DNA of 64,000 nt. Source: Octopus sinensis (taxonomy: Eukaryota). Positions 38,807 to 52,615 of the stretch are shown here, piece by piece (within the stretch, counting starts at the first letter, position 1; each line of letters begins with the position of its first letter). The translations under genes and the position numbers were made by a program. The stretch lies in the NCBI RefSeq assembly GCF_006345805.1, contig NC_042998.1:5890001-5954000 (forward strand), written 5' to 3'. The notes beneath the pieces were generated by a model. The model saw only the letters and a list, made by a program, of their open reading frames with translations, searched no databases and was not told the DNA's origin.

Positions 38807-39548
38807 GTGTGTGTGTGTGTTTGTGTGTCTGTGTTTGTCCCCCTAGCATTGCTTGACAACCGATGCTGGTTTGTTTATGTCCCCGTTACTTAGCGGTTCG
38901 GCAAAAGAGACCGATAGAATAAGTACTGGGCTTACAAAAGAATAAGTCCCGGGATCGAGTTGCTCGATTAAAGGCGGTGCTCCAGCATGGCCGCAGTCAA
39001 ATGACTGAAACAAGTAAAAGAGTAAAGAGAGTATGGGTTTGGATGGGTTGAAATGATTTACATCTAGTCATAGAACTGCATTTTTGCAACACCAGCAGGC
39101 TTCCTGCTGCAGCAACTGACTGCATCAACTGCACATGTATATATACAACCAATGCACATTATTACTTCATTTTATAGCTTTTTAAAAATTCTTTAATGTA
39201 GTTAAGTAGAAATACCAAATGCAAATAAATCTCATATATTAAAGAAATACACCCATACGCAAGCAGTTCCAATATGCCTAACACAAATATGTATATATGT
39301 ACACACAAATGTGCATACACAGATGTCTGGATGTGTGCACATGCAAATACACAGAAGTGGTTTATTCATTAAATATATACATATAAAAAGAAGGAAAACA
39401 GTTGCAAGAATTTCTCTATATAAATATCTCCCCAACCTCAAGCTATTGCTCAGGTAAATGTGCATGTATGTATACACACACATGTATATATAAAATGTGT
39501 GGTGTATGTTTATACACATATATACATACTACATATATATATATATAT

Positions 39549-39583
<35 letters not shown>

Positions 39584-39741
39584 ACATACATATATATATA
39601 TATACATACATACATATATATATATACATACATACATATATATATATACATACATACATATATATATATACATACATACATATATATATATACATACATA
39701 TATACATATATATATATATACATACATACATACATATATAT

Positions 39742-39774
<33 letters not shown>

Positions 39775-42700
39775 TATATATACACACACGTGTGTTTTTG
39801 TGTATACATATATATATATATGTGTGTGTTTGTGTGTGTTTATGTGTATGTATGTATATATGTATAAATGCATGTGTAGATATATGTGAGCATGTGTGTG
39901 TTTGTGCAAGCATATGTATATATACACATATATACACACAAAGACATAGCATACACGTATAATACTGGGGGAAAATTCTGAAACAGAGACACTTGAACGT
40001 CATTATTTATTTCTATTTATAATATTGCGTAACATTATCATAGACTAACCGGCTATTAAATGCAAAAATCGTGCAATTAACATCAATTAACATCACGTTT
40101 TGATATCATAATTTACATATTCATATACTGAGCAAATTTCGTAAATCTTTTTGGAAACAAAACTTTTGCATCAAATTATTGTGTGACTCTACATGAAATA
40201 ATCCATGTAACATATTCAATATTTAGCATAACTGCCTGTAGACTCTATAAAGCTTGCATTGTTTGTTATTATTTTCTTATCATAAGACAGCAAGCCAACA
40301 AAATTATTAACATTCCAGATAAAATACTTAGTGGAATTTTGTTAAGGCAGCGAGCTGGCAGAAACGTTAGCACGCCGGGCGAAATGCTTTGTGGTTTTTT
40401 CTGCCGTTATGCTCTGAGTTCAAATTCCGCTGAGGTTCACTTTGCCTTTCATCCTTTCGGGGTCGATTAAATAAGTACCAGTTACACACTGGGGTCGATG
40501 CAATCGACTTAATACCTGTCTGTCCCCTCTGTGTTTAGCCTCTTGTGGGTAATAAAGAAATAGGTATTTTGTCTGCCGTTATGTTCTGAGTTCAAATTCC
40601 GCTGAGGTTCAATTTGCCTTTCATCCTCTTGGGGTCGATAAATTAAGTACCAGTTACGCACTGGGGTCGATATAATCGACTTAATCCCTTTGTCTGTCCT
40701 TGTTTGTCCCCTCTATGTTTAGCCCCTTGTTGGCAATAAAGAAATATAATCCTTTCGGGGTCAATGAAATAAGTAACAGTTAAGTACTACAGTCAATGCC
40801 AACTCCTCAACCCCTACACACAGACAAATTCCAGGCTTTGTGCATACAGCAGAAAGCATTATTATTATTATTAGGAGTATCAAGGTGACAAACTGGCAGA
40901 ATCGCTAGCATGCCGGGTGAAATGCTTTGTGGTATTTCGTTCGTCTTCACATTCTGAGTTCAAATTCCACAAAGGTCGACTTTGCCTTTCATCCTTCTGG
41001 ACAAAATGCTTTATCAGTATTCCTTCTGTCTCCGTGTTCTGAGTTCAAATACCTCAGTGGCCAACAATGCTTTTCCTTGCTTTGGAGTCGATAAAATAAG
41101 TACCAGCCAAAAACTGGAGCCAATGTAATTGACTTATGCCCTGCCTTGAAATTACTGGCCTGGAGCCAAAATGTGAAGAAAAAAAAGAAGAAAAACAACA
41201 ACTACTACTACTGCTACTACTACTATGGAAGTAAGTTGACAGAAACATTAGCACATCGGTCAAAATGCTCAGCAGCATTTCGTCTGTCTTTGGATTCTGA
41301 GATCAAATGCCACCAAAGCCAACTTCGTTCTTCATCCTTTTAAGGGGTCAATGAAGCAGGCATCAGTTGAGTACAGGGGTTGATGTAGATGATGAGCCCC
41401 CTCACAGAAAGGGATTATTATTTTTATTATGAATTAGTTAGACAAAGAAAGTCAGTATCCATGGATACCATAATCTCAACCAAGAATAGTTTCGCAACAT
41501 TTCTGAGATGTGTGGAAAGCAAAAAAACAAAAAAAACAAACAAACATCATGAGCCATGAGTGGTCAGAATGCCTGCAACAGTATGGACTTCACAAAAGGT
41601 GCCCAAAGGCCAAGTAGTGGAGTTAGATACTGCCTGGTAGTATTGAACTCAGAACCACAGCTTTGCAAAACAAACTTCCAAACCAACAGCCATACTTCCT
41701 TGAATTTGAATTTATTGGGGTTAAGTAAACTTTTTCCATTTATGTTTTGATGTTTCTTCCAAATGTTTCTTCACTCGACAAAAATCAAGGTGGTTCTTTG
41801 TTTAGCTGATACATCAAACATCTCTGGAGCATGACCAAGTCAGTCGAAGATCACAGATTTCAAGTGGAGAATGTTTCAAATGCTGAGCCTCAAACAGTCT
41901 TCAATCTTTTACTTGTTTCAGTCATTTGACCATGGCCATGCTGGTGCACCACCTTGAAGAGTTTTAGTCAAATAGATCAACCCCCAGTGCTTACTTTGTT
42001 TAATCCTGCTACTAATTCTACTTTTGCTGAACTGCTAAGTTATATAGATATAAGCAAACCACACCAGTTGTAGGAAGCAAACATGCACACACACACACAC
42101 ATACACACACACGATGGGCTTTGGGCTTCTTTCAGTTTCTTATTTCTTTACTGCCCACAAGGGGCTACACACAGAGGGGACAAAGAAGGACAGACAAAAC
42201 GGATTAAGTCGGTTATATCAATCCCAGTGCATAACTGGTACTTATTTAATCGACCCCGAAAGGAAGAAAGGCAAAGTCGACCTCGGTGGAATTTGAACTC
42301 AGAAGATAGCAGCATATGAAACACCGCTAAGCATTTCACCCTGCATGCTAACGTTTCTGCCAGTTCACCACATTTCAGTTTCTGTCAATGAAATCCACTC
42401 ACAAGGCTTTGGCTGGCCCGGGGTAATAGAACAAAAAAACACTTGCCCAAGGTACCATGCAGTGGGACTGAACCCAGATCTTCTTACAACCATGCCTTTG
42501 CCTGGGTATGGTTCTCAATTAGCTGCAAGTAATCATAATACAATACTGGGATTAAATTCCCAGATTGCTACTAGCAGATAATAATCTCCAATTTTTAAGC
42601 GTTTTCGTTTAGTAGTTTTCAGTAAAATGCCTTTGTATTTGAGCAATATGCATTTTTTATAAGTTTAGGGTGTAGAGCTCAGATTACAAAACACTAGCTA

Positions 42701-42814
42701 TCTCACCATGTTCAAAGCTGATAGGGTTGAATGTCAGTTCATTGCTGGTTAATGCATCTTAGTTCTAAACAACTTATGCTAAGCAACACATATTTTTTGT
42801 TTTCCATGATAAAC

Positions 42815-43420
42815 ATGCATCATCATTCATCATTGTTCGACTGTGGTCGAGACAATGGAATTTACCATGCTACGCTAGACTTCACAGTCCATCATGGCAT
42901 TACGGGGGTCCTGTTGCTGGATGCCTGTATCCCTGGAGATTACATCAGGGTAGGAGAGTGTGCGCCCTCTGGTATCGCGAGTAGATGGCTTCCAGAGGAG
43001 AAGAGTAGAAATTACCTCTTTTTCAGCTCTACAACAATGTCCAGCAAACTGGACTCTCCTACCTTTCACAAGAGATGACACAGGTGGTAAGTTTCCCATA
43101 TATTTGCATTTTGGTTGGATGGCGCTTCCATGAGAGATTTTGAGCTCTCATAAGGAGGTGAGTGTAGGTTCCATCCAATTGTCTCTCAAGCTTCTTTGAT
43201 AACGTCCAGGTTTCTGAGCCATATAGTAGAATTGGTTCGACTGTGGCTTTGAAGATTTCAAGTTTGAAGTCTCTACTTAGATTTGATGACCAGATCTTAT
43301 GCATATCATTACATAAACGTGCATGTGATCTGTTATAATAGTTGTTGATGTTATTTATTCCAGAGTCATCCACCATTGAGTAAACTTATGATTAGGGACG
43401 GGACATTCCAGCTATGACCA
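42815..43420 (-). mobile_element. RTE/RTEX-like LINE 3' fragment
   Basis: KLEIFKATVEPILLYGSETWTLSKKLERQLDGTYT, then RRVQFAGHC...LLLWKP; one frameshift; GAT-like tail. Confidence 0.85.
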
Positions 43421-43602
43421 CTCCATCTTTTTGTATTTTTTAGACACAACATATCTAGAAGATCAGACACAAAATTTATCTTTTCCATTTTAAGATTATA
43501 AGATGTAATTTGAGGGGTAATTGGCTGCTGTCTCTAGAACAGTGAACGATCATGTGCTGGGTACTTCAATGACTCACCAGTACAAACAAAAAAAAAGAGG
43601 AA

Positions 43603-44040
43603 CATCATCATCATCATCATTTAACGTCTGCTTTCCATGCTGGCATGGGTTGGGCGGTTCAACTGGGGTCTGGGAAGCCAGAAGGCTCCACCAGGCCCAG
43701 TCTGATCTGGCAGTGTTTCTACAGCTGGATGCCCTTCCTAATGCCAACCACTCCGTGAGTGTAGTGGGTGCTTTTTACGTGCCACCGGCACAGGTGCCAG
43801 ACAAGGCTGGCAAATGGCCATGATCGGATGGTGCTTTTTACGTGCCACCGGCACAGGGACCAGACGAAGCTGGCAACGGCCACAGTCGGATGGTGCATTT
43901 TATGTGCCACCGAAACGGGTCCAGTCGGGCAGCGCTGGCTATGGCCACGTTCGGATGGTTCTCTTATGTGCCACCGGCACTGATATCACAGCTACAAATT
44001 CCATTGATGTTGATAGATTACGATTTTGATTTTCGAACAC
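43603..44040 (-). mobile_element. Non-coding retroposon family C with (GAT)n tail; longest copy
   Basis: Appears on + as (CAT)n TTTAACGTCxGCTTTCCATGCTAGCATGGGTTGG...GGATGCCCTTCCTAA. Copies at 841-1060, 7675-7808, 12482-12762, 20697-20905, 32215-32495, 36165-36480, 56587-56880, 60105-60765 (split); opposite orientation at 48920-49130 and tails at 28437-28480, 63410-63470. Confidence 0.85.
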
Positions 44041-44201
44041 AAAAATAAAAAAAAAATTTCTTTACCAATATGAGAATAAAATGTGTAGATTATTAAATTA
44101 ACTGTGACTGACACATATTAATTTTAATTACTTCATTTACCTAGTTTAATTGCAAACAAATAAGATTGTTTAAAGACAAAGAAAGAAGTTTCATAACTTA
44201 C

Positions 44202-44276
44202 TTATATAACTCTCAACAGCCTGGATAAGTTTCACATCAAACTGGGTGACAAAAGATACAGAAGTTCCTCCTCGTC
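44202..44276 (-). CDS. DDX49: Internal exon of a DEAD-box RNA helicase (DDX49/Dbp8-like), the segment just after motif VI
   Basis: ttttctcattttag acceptor, then 75 nt reading (G)RGGTSVSFVTQFDVKLIQAVESYI, then GTAAGT donor; phase 1 at both ends. Resembles recalled DDX49 GRQGQAITLVTQYDIHLVHAIEEQI, which I recall as a 75-nt phase 1/1 exon. DDX47 is similar in sequence but, as recalled, differs in exon boundaries. Confidence 0.8.
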
Positions 44277-45723
44277 CTAAAATGAGAAAATTTTTATATA
44301 GATAAATGGAAACACGGCAAAATGAAACTGAAATTGAAGCTATATAAAAATAAAACGCCTGCCATGCAAGTCTACCAAAGACATGGCTCCCGGTTCTATG
44401 ATTGAAACATTCCATTGAAATTTAAAGCTAATTTATGTTCAAAACATTGTTATTTTATTAACAAGTGCAGGAGTGGATGTGTGGTAAGTAGCTTGCTTAC
44501 CAACCACATGGTTCCGGGTTCAGTCCCACTGCATGGCACCTTGGGCAAGTGTCTTCTGCTATAGCCTCGGGCCGACCAAAGCCTTGTGAGTGGATTTGGT
44601 AGACGGAAACTGAAAGAAGCCTGTCGTATATATATATGTATATATATATATGTGTGTGTGCGTGCATGTTTGTGTGTCTGTGTTTGTCCCCCTAGCATTG
44701 CTTGACAACCGATGCTGGTGTGTTTACGTCCCCGTCACTTAGCGGTTCGGCAAAAGAGACCGATAGAATAAGTACTGGGCTTACAAAGAATAAGTCCCGG
44801 GGTCGATTTGCTCGACTAAAGGCGGTGCTCCAGCATGGCCGCAGTCAACTGACTGAAACAAGTAAAAAAGAAAAATGAAAAGAAAAGAAAAAGAAAGAAA
44901 GAGCTTTTCTACTGATGGGCAGTGAATTTTTTTTTTATTGATCCTTTCCACCTCTTTCAACCAAGAGTTTTCTAGGTGCATTGAATATAATAAAGAATTG
45001 AATAAGGTGTAATTTCTATTCAGATGTTTCACTATCTTTAACCCTGGTGACACCATATCCACCCAACAGTTACAAAAATTTAATTTAGCTTTCTTCAGCC
45101 TTGTTTTTGTTTATCTCTCTTTCTTTCTTTTTTTAGTTTAACTTGACTATGCAATATAAAGCTTACTATATATTTTGGCCCAGTGCTAAAAAGCTTGTTT
45201 CCAAACCACATGACTCCAGGTTCAATTCCACTGTGTGGCACCTATGGCTAGTGTCTTCAACTGTAGCCTCAAGCTGACCAAAGCCTTGTAAGTAGATTTG
45301 GTAGACAGAAACTGAAAGAAGCCTGTTGTGTATATATGCAAATAAGACTGGTTCTAGGAGTGTGAAGGAGAGAGTGATGGAAAGAGAAAGACAAAGAAAC
45401 TGAAAGAAGCCTGTTGTGTATATGTGTGTGTGTGTGTATGCTTTTGTGTCAGTGTTTGTCCCCCTCACTACTGCTTGACAACCAGTGTTGGTGTGTTTTC
45501 GTCCCCATAACTTAGTAGTTTGGTAAGAGAGACTGATAGAATAAGTACCAGATTTTAAAAAATGAAGAAAAAAAAAAAACAAGTCCTGGGAGTTGATTTG
45601 TTCAACTAAAACCTTTCAAGGTGGTGCTCAAGCATGGCTGCAGTCAAACTTCATGGACAATTTTAAAACTACATATCAGACGTTGTCAAAACAAAGAACA
45701 AAAACACACACAAACACATGCAG

Positions 45724-45754
<31 letters not shown>

Positions 45755-47054
45755 GCAGTCACTGTCATCATCATGAAAATAATAATGATGCATACCAACC
45801 AAGTAAGATGACATATCCTACAGATATCTCCTAATTATCTTTAGCTTTATGCAATCTAAATCAGGTTTTCAGAAATTTCTATTTTTTTAATTGTCAGTGT
45901 ATTAGATTCAAAGTCAAAGTTTAAAAATAGTCAAAATTACTCCGAGCCAAGATAAAAAAAAAAAAAAACTTTGGTTATAACAATAACCAGCCAAGCATAT
46001 TTTACTGATATAAGTACATTCTAGAAAATTGCCTTTTCTTTTTTTTCTTTTTAGTTGTTGTTGTATATTATTGACCCTTTAGCATTTAGATTCTGTCAAA
46101 CATAATATTATTCACATTGTTTTGAATTAATCATGCATTATCTCATAGCTTTGAGATTTCGATGATGTGATCATTTATGTTTAGAATGACATTGTAGGGT
46201 AAATGTGAGAGGCCTGATCAGGTCAGTCTGGGCATAAAATGGGTCAAATATTTAGGCTTGATATGGCTGGTTTGAATGGTAGAGGGTTAAAGTAAACTGT
46301 GGCAGGGATTGAACTTGTGTAGGTTGAACTATGTAAAATGTTTGAGAAAGAAACCTAAAGCAAAATTTTTTCAGTAGCCCTTAAAATAGTATTGTAAATC
46401 CCCAATTTACTATTCAATAACATATATGAGACCCTCTTTGGTAAAGACACAGACCATGGGATTGCACCTAGAAAGTTACCCTCCCAAGCACAAGTCCAGG
46501 CAAGGTTGTTTATGGAAGAGCAGCAGATGCCCATGCATACCGGCCACCCCTCTCCACACCACCAGTGTTATCCAAGGGACAGGCAGAGGCCGATACAGCT
46601 TGGCACCAGTGATGCTGCAACTCATTTCTACAGCTGAGTAAAATGGAGCAACGTGAAATAAAGTGTCTTGCTCAAGAACACAACATGTAGCCTGGTCTGG
46701 GATTCGAACTCACAACTTCATGATCGTAAGCTTGACGCTTTAACCACTGAGCCATGTGCCTCCACAATTCAATAACATGGGTTCCTCCAAAATCTTATAT
46801 AGATGCTTAGGGTCCCATATGGACCCTGGTTGAGTACCACCGATCTATGTGACTTCAAATTTTGACACAAGGCCAATATTTTTGTTGTTTTTGTAAAATC
46901 TCAGAAAATAATTAAAAATTCAAGGGGATTTCAAGGGGGAGGAGGGTCAGTCAACTACATTGACCCAAATTCTTGACTTCTACTTTATTTCATTGACTCC
47001 AAAAGGAAAAAAGACAAAGTTGATCTTGGAGGAATTTGAATGGTTCATTTAGAT

Positions 47055-47427
47055 CAGTGTTTCTCAACTGGGGTCCATATAAGATTTTTGAGGGTCCACG
47101 TAGCAAAATAGTAAATCGGGGATCCACAATAGTATTTTAAGGGTCCCTGAAAAAATTTTCCATTAGATGAATGTATTTACTCTTTTACTTATTTCAGCAA
47201 AAGAGACTGATAGAATAAGGACTAAGGTTACAAAGAATAAGTCCTGGGGTTGATTTGCTCGACAAAAGGCGGTGCTCCAGCATGGCCTGTCAAATGACTG
47301 AAACAAGTAAAAGAGTACAAAAATACAGTAGGGTTGTTTTTATATACACCGAAAAGCTATGAGGGTCCTTTCGAGTAAACCAGGAATCAAAGGGATCCAC
47401 AGGTATCAAAATGATTGAGAAACACTG
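47055..47427. mobile_element. hAT (Charlie-like) MITE containing a SINE-A tail
   Basis: TIR CAGTGTTTCTCAA...TTGAGAAACACTG with repeated GGGTCC subterminal motifs; the 8-bp TSD is degenerate. Confidence 0.7.
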
Positions 47428-48467
47428 CCCTAGGTATATACCTCTGTACACCTAAAGTCGTGGTTCTCACTCTGTCTGCTAGAGATTCCACTGGACCTTT
47501 TATGTACTCTTTTCTTGTACAGAGTGCACATACTGCATCTAACAACACGTTTCCTGCACACTGAGCTAAATTAATTACTCTTTTACTTGCTTCAGTCATT
47601 TGACTGTGGCCATGCTGGAGCACCGCTTTCAGTCAAACAAATCAATCCCAGGACTTACTCTTTGTAAGCCTCGTACACACAAACACACACATATATATAT
47701 ATATACATATACATATATACGACGGGCTTCTTTCAGTTTCCGTCTACCAAATCCACTCGCAAGGCTTTGGTCGGCCTGAGGCTATAGTAGAAGACAGTTG
47801 CCCAAGGTGCCACGCAGTGGGACTGAACCCGGAACTGTGTGGTTGGTTAGCAAGCTACTTACCACACAGCCACTCCTGAGCCTAATACTAACCTGTTGCT
47901 AATTAGTCACTTTTATTCAATTCTTTTGTGCAGACATTTAGCTCTCTCAATTCAATACAATCTTTCCAGTTTCTGAATATTTTTGCAGACCATCAACAGA
48001 TTCTACAATTTAAATCAGTCAAATGTAAAACATTCAGCAAGACGCTGCACCTTGATCTTCTGTTGTAATTATTGCTTCAAAAACTATAATGAATGGATAA
48101 CTGCAGAGGACAGAGACCAGGTGAATATCAAAATGGTTATTAAATTTCTTGTTGAACTGACAGGCAAACATTTACAACGGTTGCTGTAATATGCGCAAAC
48201 CAAATGAACATACATAACGCATTTTCCAGGTGAATAGCCTTACATCACAAGGTGTGTTACGAATGGATAATTATCAGGTATGGACGTGGCTGCGTGGTAA
48301 GAAGTTTGATTCCCGACCACCTGGTCTGAGGTTCAGTACCACTGTGTGTCAACTAGGGCAAGTGTCATTTAATCTAGCCCTGGGCTGACCAAAGCTTTGT
48401 GAGTGGATTGCGCAGACAGCAATTAAAAGACACACATTGTAAATGTATACATGCATATATATGTGTA

Positions 48468-48513
<46 letters not shown>

Positions 48514-48547
48514 TATATATATATGTATGTATATGTATATATGTGAA

Positions 48548-48880
48548 GGTGCATGGCTCAGTGGTTAGAGTGTAGATCTTACAAGAGCGAGGTTGTGAGT
48601 TCGATTCCAAGACCAAGCTGCGTGTTATGTTCTTGAGCAAGACACTTTATTTCACGTTGCTCCAATTCACTCAGCTTTAGAAATGAGTTGCGATGTCACT
48701 GGTGCCAAGCTGTATCGGCCCCTTTGCCTTTCCCTTGGATAACAATCGTGGTGTGGAGAGGGGAGGCCGGTATGCATGGGTGACTGCTAGCCTTCCACAA
48801 ATAATCTTGTCCGGACTTGTGCCTCGGAGGGTAACTTTCTAGGTGCAATCCCAGAGTCAGCCATGACCGAAGAGGGTCTC
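48548..48880 (+). mobile_element. tRNA/CORE-type SINE, head D plus tail T1
   Basis: TGGCTCAGTGG and GAGTTCGATTCC boxes, CORE-like TTCTTGAGCAAGACACTT; a second copy lies at 46428-46765(-). Confidence 0.85.
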
Positions 48881-49619
48881 CTCATATGTATATATATATA
48901 TATACATGTGTATGTACATATATATATGTATATATATATGGTGGCACGTAAAAAGCACCCACTACACTCACGGAGTGGTTGGCGTTAGGAAGGGCATCCA
49001 GCTGTAGAAACATTGCCAAATTAGACTGGAGCCTGGTGCAGCCTTCTGGCTTCCCAGAACCCCGGTCGAACCGTCCAACCCATGCTAGCATGGAGAACGG
49101 ACGTTAAACGACGATGATGACGATGATGATATGTGTGTGTGTGTGTGTGTGTGTGAATATGTGCAGATGCATGCTTATGTCTCCTTGTCTCGATACTGCA
49201 TGAGCGTCGTAAACGAGTGTCCCGATCATACAAGCAATGAAAAATATATTTGGTGATAGGGAAATATTACTTTTCTTGGAAATATAGGTGAGGGCTGGCA
49301 ACTAGAAGGGCATCTGGCCATCGAAAATCTGCTTCAATAAACTCTGTCCAACCCACGCAAACATGGAAAGGTGGACATTACGATGATGATGATGGAAGGT
49401 CATGCTTCAAATATTTCCTGGCCAACACTAGAGACGTCTTCCGTGTGTAAAATCTAACAACTGGACGAGTTACTTTATCTACGCTTCTAGCATCACAACC
49501 TGCAGGGGTTTGAGCAGCAAGTTTTCACTAATTCTTCAGCTCAATAACACAATCAACTTTTAAGCCATATTTGTTCCTTCACAACTAATGGAACAAATAT
49601 GGATAAAATGGAAGGACTA

Positions 49620-49825
49620 CCACCAGACACGAAATATAAATATATATATATATATATTGACATATCGGTTCCATTCTAGCAAAAACTGTCCGATGAACGG
49701 CAACGGGAAACTCAGAGTAACAGGTTTTGTTGAATTTTCTGCTGCTTTAAATAAAGCATATTACTCTACCACTGGAATTTGAGTACTCTTTTTTCCACCT
49801 TGTTTCACATTTATGTGTTTACTCC

Positions 49826-49860
<35 letters not shown>

Positions 49861-50330
49861 AATAAGCAACAAGGATATCCAGAGGTAATGCAGTACGATC
49901 GTTTCATGCAACTCCATTTAATTGAGCAATGCAAGTATTACAAGTATTACATCAATTTTAAATTTACTACTGGGGGAGTAAATCTAAATGACAAAGTAAA
50001 ATCAATGATAAGCAATATCTTTATGGAAAGAAATATCAGTTACTACTATGATATTGTTGATGAGACTTCTTCTTTGTCTACCTACTTACCCTCTTCGTGA
50101 TTTTGGTTAATGGAATAACTATAAAAATGAATCTTTCAAATTTAACTAAATTCTATATTTTTATGCAGCTGAAGAATGCTCTACATTTTATACTGCATTA
50201 CCTCTGGATATCCTTGTTCTTTATTTTGATTATAATCACCCCCATTTTGAATTATATGGGTAATATCATGCTAAATTCTGGTGCCTTTAACTTCAGTATT
50301 CAACTGAACCTAAATTTTTACTGAACTTAT
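49620..50330. mobile_element. Probable Penelope-like fragments
   Basis: Hammerhead-like motif at 49682-49728, and a 39-bp inverted repeat at 49857-49895 / 50191-50229, between TA repeats. Confidence 0.5.
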
Positions 50331-52164
50331 ATATATATATGATGATATATATATATATATATATGATGATATATAGATATATATATACATATAACATATG
50401 AAGAAAAGAATAAAACCGTTAACCTGATTGGTTAATGCTTACAGGAAAACTGCAGTCAAAAAGTTAGAGGATAGTTCAGACCTTTCATATACGTTAAAAA
50501 GGTAAAGAAAAAAAAACATAATATGAACAAAAATAAAAAAAAAGAGTACACAAAATTTATAATCTCCAATAAAATGTCATTTTAAATTAGAAACTCTCAT
50601 TTCTTCTTTAGCTAATATTTACTCATTAATTTTTTGTGTTACTATTATTATCATCATCATCATCATCATCATCATTATTATTATTATTTATTTATGTTTT
50701 TGGCATATTTTAGTCTTATTGTTATATACCGTTGAAAGATAAGAGATGATGTTCTAGAAATGTCAGCATTATCCTCTGATGCTTGTCAAATAAAATAATA
50801 ATAATAATAATAATAACACAGAAAAAAAAATCACCAAAGAAAAACAATGAAAAATAAATAATTAAATAAGGTAAAATGCTGAAGACTTAGCAAGTTTTTC
50901 CAAATCTCTTTAGAAAAATGACTAAACAGAAACTAACAAAGTGGTGACAACTGGGAGTCAGTTACACTGATATCAATATTGTTTTCATGCAGAAATTAAC
51001 AAGAGATAACACCACAACACACGAGGTTGGAGGGGCAAAATAGTAAACGGAAGGCAGGTTTACACAGATGACGATGGAAGGTGTACAACAGCAGCGGCAG
51101 CAGCAGCAGCAGCAGAAAATACCATTTCTGAATTGAAGTTACAAATATATAAAGACAGAAAAAACAAAACAAAACAAAAAGACAATGCTGTACACACCAT
51201 CAAAATAACCTTTAATATCTTAGTCAAGGGTAAAAAGGAAAGAGAGAGAGAGAGAGAGAGAGAAAGAATATTCATTAAAAATAAATAGATGAAAATTTTA
51301 TTGAATTTCAAGAAATAATCTTGAAATGGATTCTTTCTAAAGATTTCAACATTAAAATTTCAAAATCTGAACTCATAAACATTTCCTCGACAAAATAAAA
51401 GGTGGCATTATTGAAATAATTAGTTAAATTTTAAAATGGGGGGGTGGGGTGGGGGAGAGAAAAAAAAAGAAAGAAAAATTGATACAAATGGAAGTTTCTA
51501 AAGGTTGACTATCAAAAGTTTTAAAGAACACATATTCAGCTATATTTTTGATGAAGGAAGAATTTTTATAATCAATACATCAGAAAAAATAAAATAAAAT
51601 AAAGCTTCATAACAACACTTCTTGTCGAAACCAAAATTGTATTAAGAATTTCAAAAATAGTTATTTATAACTCTGAAAGAATTTTATGGCTCTTTAGCAA
51701 TTGACTGCTTATTTTCCTCAAACGTTAACCACAAAGTCATTGTCATGAATTTTACCATTTAAATTTGATAATTTCTCATTTGTAACCTGTTAAAAGGGAG
51801 GTATTTGTATCAGTTTAAACGAGAAGAGATAAAATTCTTCCATTCAATAACGGCATCAAAATTATCTGCTAAATACTGTAGCTAGAATCCTTTCTAACTT
51901 TACAACAATGTAAAATATAGGCATGGTATTATTACAAAGTACATTCCAGACATTGAAGACTTTTTTTTAGGCAAGGCAGTTATAATTATTGTAATTTTAG
52001 TATATCATTACTATACAACTAATAAGCTGACCTGCCAACTTTGTAATTCCAGATTAAAAGAAGTGGCTGTAACAAGACTTTGAACACACCTGAGTAAACA
52101 TTCCTTGTCACAGCTGACTAGTTTGCAGAATACAATCAGGACGTGAAGACAATTAGGAAGTTTG

Positions 52165-52540
52165 TTATGTTAGTTAGTTAGTTAGTTAGTTAATTTTTTG
52201 GCTCAAAAAGCAAAAAGCAAGGCCATGTAGGGGGACATGGAGTTATGTACAGGGTGGCGTTCATGTAAAGAGTTCAGGCCACTTGAGTTCAAGGGAGACT
52301 TTGAACCGAGCGGTCGTCGGCATCTTCACCCTCTCGTCCGGCAGCTTATTCCACGGATCCGCAACCCGGACGGAGAAAGCCCCTCTCCTTCGATTGAGAT
52401 GAAATCATTGCAGATAGAGCTTTTCGGAATGACCCCGCAGCCGATGCTCTGGAGCAAGAGTGAAGAACAGCTCTTTCGAGAAGTTACACTTTCTGCTTAT
52501 GATGTGAGCAAGTATGAGATCTCCACGGCGGCGGCGTTTT
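52165..52540 (-). mobile_element. CR1 LINE 3' fragment
   Basis: RRRRGDLI...RLRGHSEKL...FSVRVADPWNKLP...FKVSL, with a (TAAC)n tail. Confidence 0.85.
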
Positions 52541-52615
52541 TCTAGAGAATATGCAATAAAGTTTTGACTTAAACTGGCCAAAAGTGCTCCAGGAATATAT
52601 GCTTATTAAATTAAC

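Noticed and set aside
43765-43985. CRISPR-like repeat-spacer appearance
   Set aside because: The spacers resemble each other, the repeats are degenerate, and the array is internal to a eukaryotic retroposon; no cas genes.
47459-47575. Phase-compatible candidate exon ending DRVRTTTLG as a possible DDX49 motif VI exon
   Set aside because: It lacks HRxGRxARA and the preceding GLDIP motif; the similarity is too weak.
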